From NCBI GenBank assembly GCA_964588725.1, contig CAZPQL010000001.1:782-64781 (forward strand): a stretch of DNA of 64,000 nucleotides, given 5' to 3'. Below are positions 60,431 to 64,000 of the stretch, one piece after another. Made by a program: the position numbers and the translations under genes. This DNA comes from an uncultured Rhodobacterales bacterium (GTDB taxonomy: Bacteria > Pseudomonadota > Alphaproteobacteria > Rhodobacterales > Rhodobacteraceae). The notes under the pieces were generated by a model. It did not search any database. It had not been told where the DNA came from and worked only from the letters and a program-made list of their open reading frames with translations. Every line of letters starts with the position of its first letter. The first letter of the stretch is position 1.

Positions 60431-61651
60431 TTATTCGGCGGGTGCGTACGTGTAGAGCCGCTTGCGCCCCATGAAAATGACCAGCGAAACGGCCACCAGC
60501 ACCGCTGACAAAACGAACGGTGCACCGGGGAAATAAATCGGCGCGGTATCGCGGGTGAAAAAGCCGAAGATATTGGTCATCAACAGCGGGCTGATGACCA
60601 CGCTGACCGCAGAGACAGACGTCAGCACCCCCTGCAATTCACCCTGTTGATCATCAGACGCCACACGCGACATGATCCCCTGAAGCGCCGGACCAGCGAT
60701 GACTCCCAGCGACGTAAGTGGTGCCAACGCGAAAATCATCCAGCCCTGTGTGGCAGAGGCATAAATGCCGAAGGCCACAACGGTAATCGCAAATCCAGTC
60801 ACAACTGTGAAATGTTCGCCGATACGTGGAATGATCACGCGGATCAGGCCGCCCTGCACGATGGCCATCGACGCCCCGAATACGGCCAGCGAAATGCCGA
60901 CCATCGAAGGTTCCCAGCCAAACCGTTCCTGCGTGTAATAGGCCCAGACCGACGGGTAGACGAAAAACGCAATGTTATAGAAGAAAAACACCAAAAGAAT
61001 GCGTGTCACACCGGGCAGTTTGCCGATGTGCCTGAAAGCACCAAACGGATTGGCGCGCGCCCATTCAAACGGGCGCCGAATGGCGTCGGTGACGGTTTCG
61101 GACAGTACAAAATAGCCAAACACGGTATTGGCGGCGGCCAGAGCCGCAGCAAAGAAAAACGGTGCGCGTGGGCCGAACTCGCTCAGCAAGCCGCCCACCA
61201 GCGGGCCAAGGATAAACCCAACGCCAAAGGCCGCGCCGATCAGTCCAAAATTCTGCGCCTTTTCATCGGGATTGGAAATGTCGGCCATATAGGCGTTCGC
61301 GGTCGACTGCGTCGCCGAAGTCATCCCACCGATGATCCGCCCAACAACCAGCAACCAGATCGACCCGGCGATCCCCATGATGACGTAATCAAGCGACATG
61401 ACCGCCAACGAGACCAGTATCACCGGACGCCGACCATACCGGTCAGAAAGATTGCCAACAATTGGGCCAAACAGAAACTGCATCACGGCAAAAGTCGCCG
61501 CCATGGCCCCGCCCCAGGTCGCGGCTTTGCTTAGCGTCCCGCCACCCAGATCAATAATCAGATCGGGCATGACCGGCATAATGATGCCGATGCCCATGCT
61601 GTCAAGCATCACGGTGATCAGCAGAAAAAGGACGGGCAGTTTTTTGAACAT
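60431..61651 (-). CDS. MFS efflux transporter, TetA-like
   Basis: 406 aa. [12 protein letters not shown] motif. 12 TM segments. Confidence 0.88.
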   Translation of the reverse strand: MFKKLPVLFLLITVMLDSMGIGIIMPVMPDLIIDLGGGTLSKAATWGGAMAATFAVMQFLFGPIVGNLSDRYGRRPVILVSLAVMSLDYVIMGIAGSIWLLVVGRIIGGMTSATQSTANAYMADISNPDEKAQNFGLIGAAFGVGFILGPLVGGLLSEFGPRAPFFFAAALAAANTVFGYFVLSETVTDAIRRPFEWARANPFGAFRHIGKLPGVTRILLVFFFYNIAFFVYPSVWAYYTQERFGWEPSMVGISLAVFGASMAIVQGGLIRVIIPRIGEHFTVVTGFAITVVAFGIYASATQGWMIFALAPLTSLGVIAGPALQGIMSRVASDDQQGELQGVLTSVSAVSVVISPLLMTNIFGFFTRDTAPIYFPGAPFVLSAVLVAVSLVIFMGRKRLYTYAPAE

Positions 61652-61712
61652 GACAGGTACTTAGTTATAGTTGAATCCGCGTAAAAGCCTGCATTTATGA
61701 TCGACCGCAACG

Positions 61713-62792
61713 TCAATCGAAAACGATAACGTTGCGCCGGGCGTTTCCGGCCTTGGTATCCGCAATTGCGTCGTTGATCTCGTCTAATCTGTAACGCCGC
61801 GTCACCAGTTCATCCAGTTTCAAACGTCCCTGCGCGTAAAGGTCGATCAGGTAGGGAATATCGCGTTTGAGAACCGTACCACCCATTTTTGACCCCAAAA
61901 TGGATTGACCGGCATCGGCCAGCAACAGGGGCGAATAGCTGGATTTCACGCCCATTGGCGGCATACCTACAGCGACAACAGAGCCGCGTCGCGCCAGGTA
62001 TTTGGCCGCCCCGTCGTAAGCCTGGCTTGCGCCTACCGTGACAAAAACATAATCGGCGCCGCGTCCGCCGGTCAGCGACTTGACCTGTTTATGCGGTTTA
62101 TCGCTGGTAACAAGAACGCCGTGGGTAGCACCAAATTCCAGTGCCGTGTCTAGTTTTTCCTCAGTCATATCAACAGCAATTATCTTGGAAGCGCCACAAA
62201 CCACCGCACCCTGAATAGCGTTCAGCCCCACGCCGCCCGCGCCAAGCACGACGACACTCGACCCGGGATTCATTTTGGCGGTGTTGCTGACTGCACCAAA
62301 TCCGGTGATTACGCCACAGGACAACAAACAGGCCGCTTCCATGGCTATATCCGCCGGAATGCGGGCAATCTGGCTTTGGTCAACCACCACGCGCTGCGCA
62401 AATGCCCCGGCAGACAAACCCTGCTCGAGCAACCCGCCTCCAGATGTCGACAGCGGGCCCCTGGTGCGGTCGTGCACGGTTTCGCAGGTTGTCGGTGCGG
62501 CATCGGCGCAGCTGGCGCAATGCCCGCACGCGCGGATCAGGGTCACCAATACAGGATCACCGAGGTTATAACCGGACGTGCCCGTGCCCAAAGCCGTGAC
62601 AATGCCCGCTGCCTCGTGCCCGTAGACCGCAGGCAATGAGCCGCCGAACGATCCCTCCATGTAAGCAATATCGGAATGGCAAATCGCACAGGCTTTTACG
62701 TCGACCTGCACTTCGCCGAATTCCGGCGCGCGCAATTCAACCTCCTCGACGACCAAGGGTTGGCCGAACTCGTGACAGACCGCTGCTTTCAT
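61713..62792 (-). CDS. zinc-dependent alcohol dehydrogenase family protein
   Basis: Start chosen at ATG 62792, with GGAGG 6 nt upstream. CAICHSD, GHEAAGIV and GAGGVGL motifs. Confidence 0.9.
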   Translation of the reverse strand: MKAAVCHEFGQPLVVEEVELRAPEFGEVQVDVKACAICHSDIAYMEGSFGGSLPAVYGHEAAGIVTALGTGTSGYNLGDPVLVTLIRACGHCASCADAAPTTCETVHDRTRGPLSTSGGGLLEQGLSAGAFAQRVVVDQSQIARIPADIAMEAACLLSCGVITGFGAVSNTAKMNPGSSVVVLGAGGVGLNAIQGAVVCGASKIIAVDMTEEKLDTALEFGATHGVLVTSDKPHKQVKSLTGGRGADYVFVTVGASQAYDGAAKYLARRGSVVAVGMPPMGVKSSYSPLLLADAGQSILGSKMGGTVLKRDIPYLIDLYAQGRLKLDELVTRRYRLDEINDAIADTKAGNARRNVIVFD

Positions 62793-62942
62793 AAACGCCT
62801 CCATTTTTTGCTTTGGCTACGTTGGCTTCAACCGGCTGGGATTGCAAATCTATTCGCAGCGGGCTGCGACACAGCACCCTCTGGCGGTCAACGTAGCTTC
62901 GGATATGGAACAGCGCAGGGAATAACCTGAAAGCATCGTGTT

Positions 62943-64000
62943 GTGAAACGCCTGACCACCTTAGCTGACCTGTCATCGCGCCTTCGTGTCCCCGCTGCAC
63001 GCGGCGACCTGACGTTGGATCGGGTACGTATTGAAATACTGGCAGGCCTGACGGTGTCGCTGGCGTTGGTTCCAGAGGCGGTTGCATTTGCTTTCGTCGC
63101 CGGAGTCGCCCCGCTGGTGGGTCTTTACGCGGCCTTTATCGTCGGGTTGATCACTGCGGTCTTTGGCGGACGCCCGGGTATGATTTCGGGCGCAACCGGC
63201 GCACTGGCGGTAGTAATGGTGTCGCTGGTGGCACAGTACGGTGTGCAATACCTGTTTGCCACCGTGGTGCTGATGGGATTGATCCAGATCGCTGCGGGTT
63301 TGTTCAAACTGGGTAAGTTCATCCGCATGGTGCCGCACCCGGTCATGCTGGGATTTGTCAACGGGTTGGCGATCGTTATTTTTTTGGCACAGCTGGAACA
63401 GTTTCGCGTTCCGGCTGAGGATGGCCACCATGTCTGGATGACTGGCCTGCCGCTGTGGATTACCCTTGCGTTGGTGCTTGGCACCATGGCGCTGATCTGG
63501 GTAATACCAAAATTCACCAAAGCCGTCCCTGCGCCATTGGCCGCCATCGCTTCGGTGGCTGCGCTGGTCATTGCTTTTGATTTGCCGGTACCGCGCGTCG
63601 GCGACCTTGCTACGCTGGCGGGGGGGCTGCCGACATTTGCCATCCCGTCGATCCCATTGTCGCCGGACAGCCTGCGCATCATTTTGCCCTATGCCGTTCT
63701 GCTGGCCGCGATTGGCCTGATCGAAAGCCTGCTGACGCTCAATCTGGTTGGCGAAATGACTAACAAAAAGGGCGGAGCATCCAAAGAATGCGTTGCGCAG
63801 GGTCTCGCCAACACGGTTACAGGTTTTTTTGGTGGTATGGGCGGTTGCGCCATGATCGGCCAATCGATGATCAACGTAAAATCCGGCGGTCGCTCGCGGC
63901 TGTCGGGGATCGCTGCGGCGCTGTTTTTGCTTAGCTTTATACTGTTCGCAGCGCCGTTCATCGAGCTGATCCCGCTGGCCGCTTTGGTCGGTGTGATGTT
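62943..64000 (+). CDS. SulP-family anion transporter, N-terminal part (runs off the right edge)
   Basis: My own translation from GTG 62943: [10 protein letters not shown]...[35 protein letters not shown]...[16 protein letters not shown]. It is missing from the track because it has no stop in the window. Confidence 0.9.
   Translation, partial: MKRLTTLADLSSRLRVPAARGDLTLDRVRIEILAGLTVSLALVPEAVAFAFVAGVAPLVGLYAAFIVGLITAVFGGRPGMISGATGALAVVMVSLVAQYGVQYLFATVVLMGLIQIAAGLFKLGKFIRMVPHPVMLGFVNGLAIVIFLAQLEQFRVPAEDGHHVWMTGLPLWITLALVLGTMALIWVIPKFTKAVPAPLAAIASVAALVIAFDLPVPRVGDLATLAGGLPTFAIPSIPLSPDSLRIILPYAVLLAAIGLIESLLTLNLVGEMTNKKGGASKECVAQGLANTVTGFFGGMGGCAMIGQSMINVKSGGRSRLSGIAAALFLLSFILFAAPFIELIPLAALVGVM

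Noticed and set aside
60647-61534. 295-aa plus-strand ORF opposite the TetA-like MFS gene
   Set aside because: It is a shadow ORF with basic low-complexity composition.
62973-63863. 296-aa and 185-aa minus-strand ORFs opposite the SulP gene
   Set aside because: The plus-strand frame gives a clean SulP transporter sequence. The listed minus-strand ORFs are Arg/Gln/His-rich shadow frames.
1-64000. Scan for tRNA, rRNA, CRISPR arrays, transposases, integrases, phage genes and known defence-system genes
   Set aside because: I found none. Intergenic regions lack tRNA-like T-arm motifs and regularly spaced direct repeats. No ORF translation resembles a recombinase, a nuclease or a defence signature.

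Overview
The window looks like an ordinary chromosomal stretch of a moderately GC-rich alphaproteobacterium. Gene order and protein families suggest Rhodobacteraceae: DW-type Flp pilins, Hint_2-type and DUF1127 proteins, a hisS-hisZ-hisG operon, and a ruvCAB-ybgC-tolQRAB-pal-cpoB-tilS-ftsH array. I did not compute GC content.

Content from left to right:
- 1-606: the 5' part of a secreted protein gene on the minus strand.
- 952-11794: a complete Tad/Flp pilus locus (two flp pilins, cpaB, cpaC, an OmpA-like lipoprotein, cpaE, cpaF, tadB, tadC, two TPR lipoproteins, and the cpaA prepilin peptidase).
- 11799-14850: a divergent pair of uncharacterised genes. One is a 12-TM membrane protein with a large extracytoplasmic domain. 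The other is an AAA+ ATPase.
- 14851-15331: a 480-nt AT-rich spacer.
- 15332-30352: one long minus-strand housekeeping array (folD, fhs, MOSC, ftsH, tilS, cpoB, pal, tolB, tolA, tolR, tolQ, ybgC, an unknown gene, ruvB, ruvA, ruvC).
- 30553-46761: mixed genes (DUF1127, prmA, msrA, MATE and MFS transporters, rpsD, a Hint-domain protein, a DUF374 protein, an LpxR-like outer-membrane protein, nrdJ, DUF1489, hisG/hisZ/hisS, slyX).
- 46758-50195: dnaE.
- 50305-60213: a purine-catabolism and uptake block (uraH, xdhABC, and a BMP-type ABC transporter).
- 60431-64000: a TetA-like MFS transporter, a Zn alcohol dehydrogenase and the start of a SulP transporter.

I found no rRNA, tRNA, CRISPR array, transposase, integrase or phage genes, and no recognisable defence system.

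The items most worth a second look:
- The uncharacterised membrane-protein/AAA+ pair abutting the Tad locus.
- A Hedgehog-like Hint-domain protein.
- A 27-codon upstream ORF that looks like a duplicated xdhA 5' end.
- A structured, promoter-proximal leader in front of monocistronic rpsD.
- A repeated about 66-nt palindromic intergenic element (two copies).
- The AT-rich spacer, which carries promoter-like and terminator-like signals.

All functional calls come from reading the translations and motifs by eye. No database search was run.
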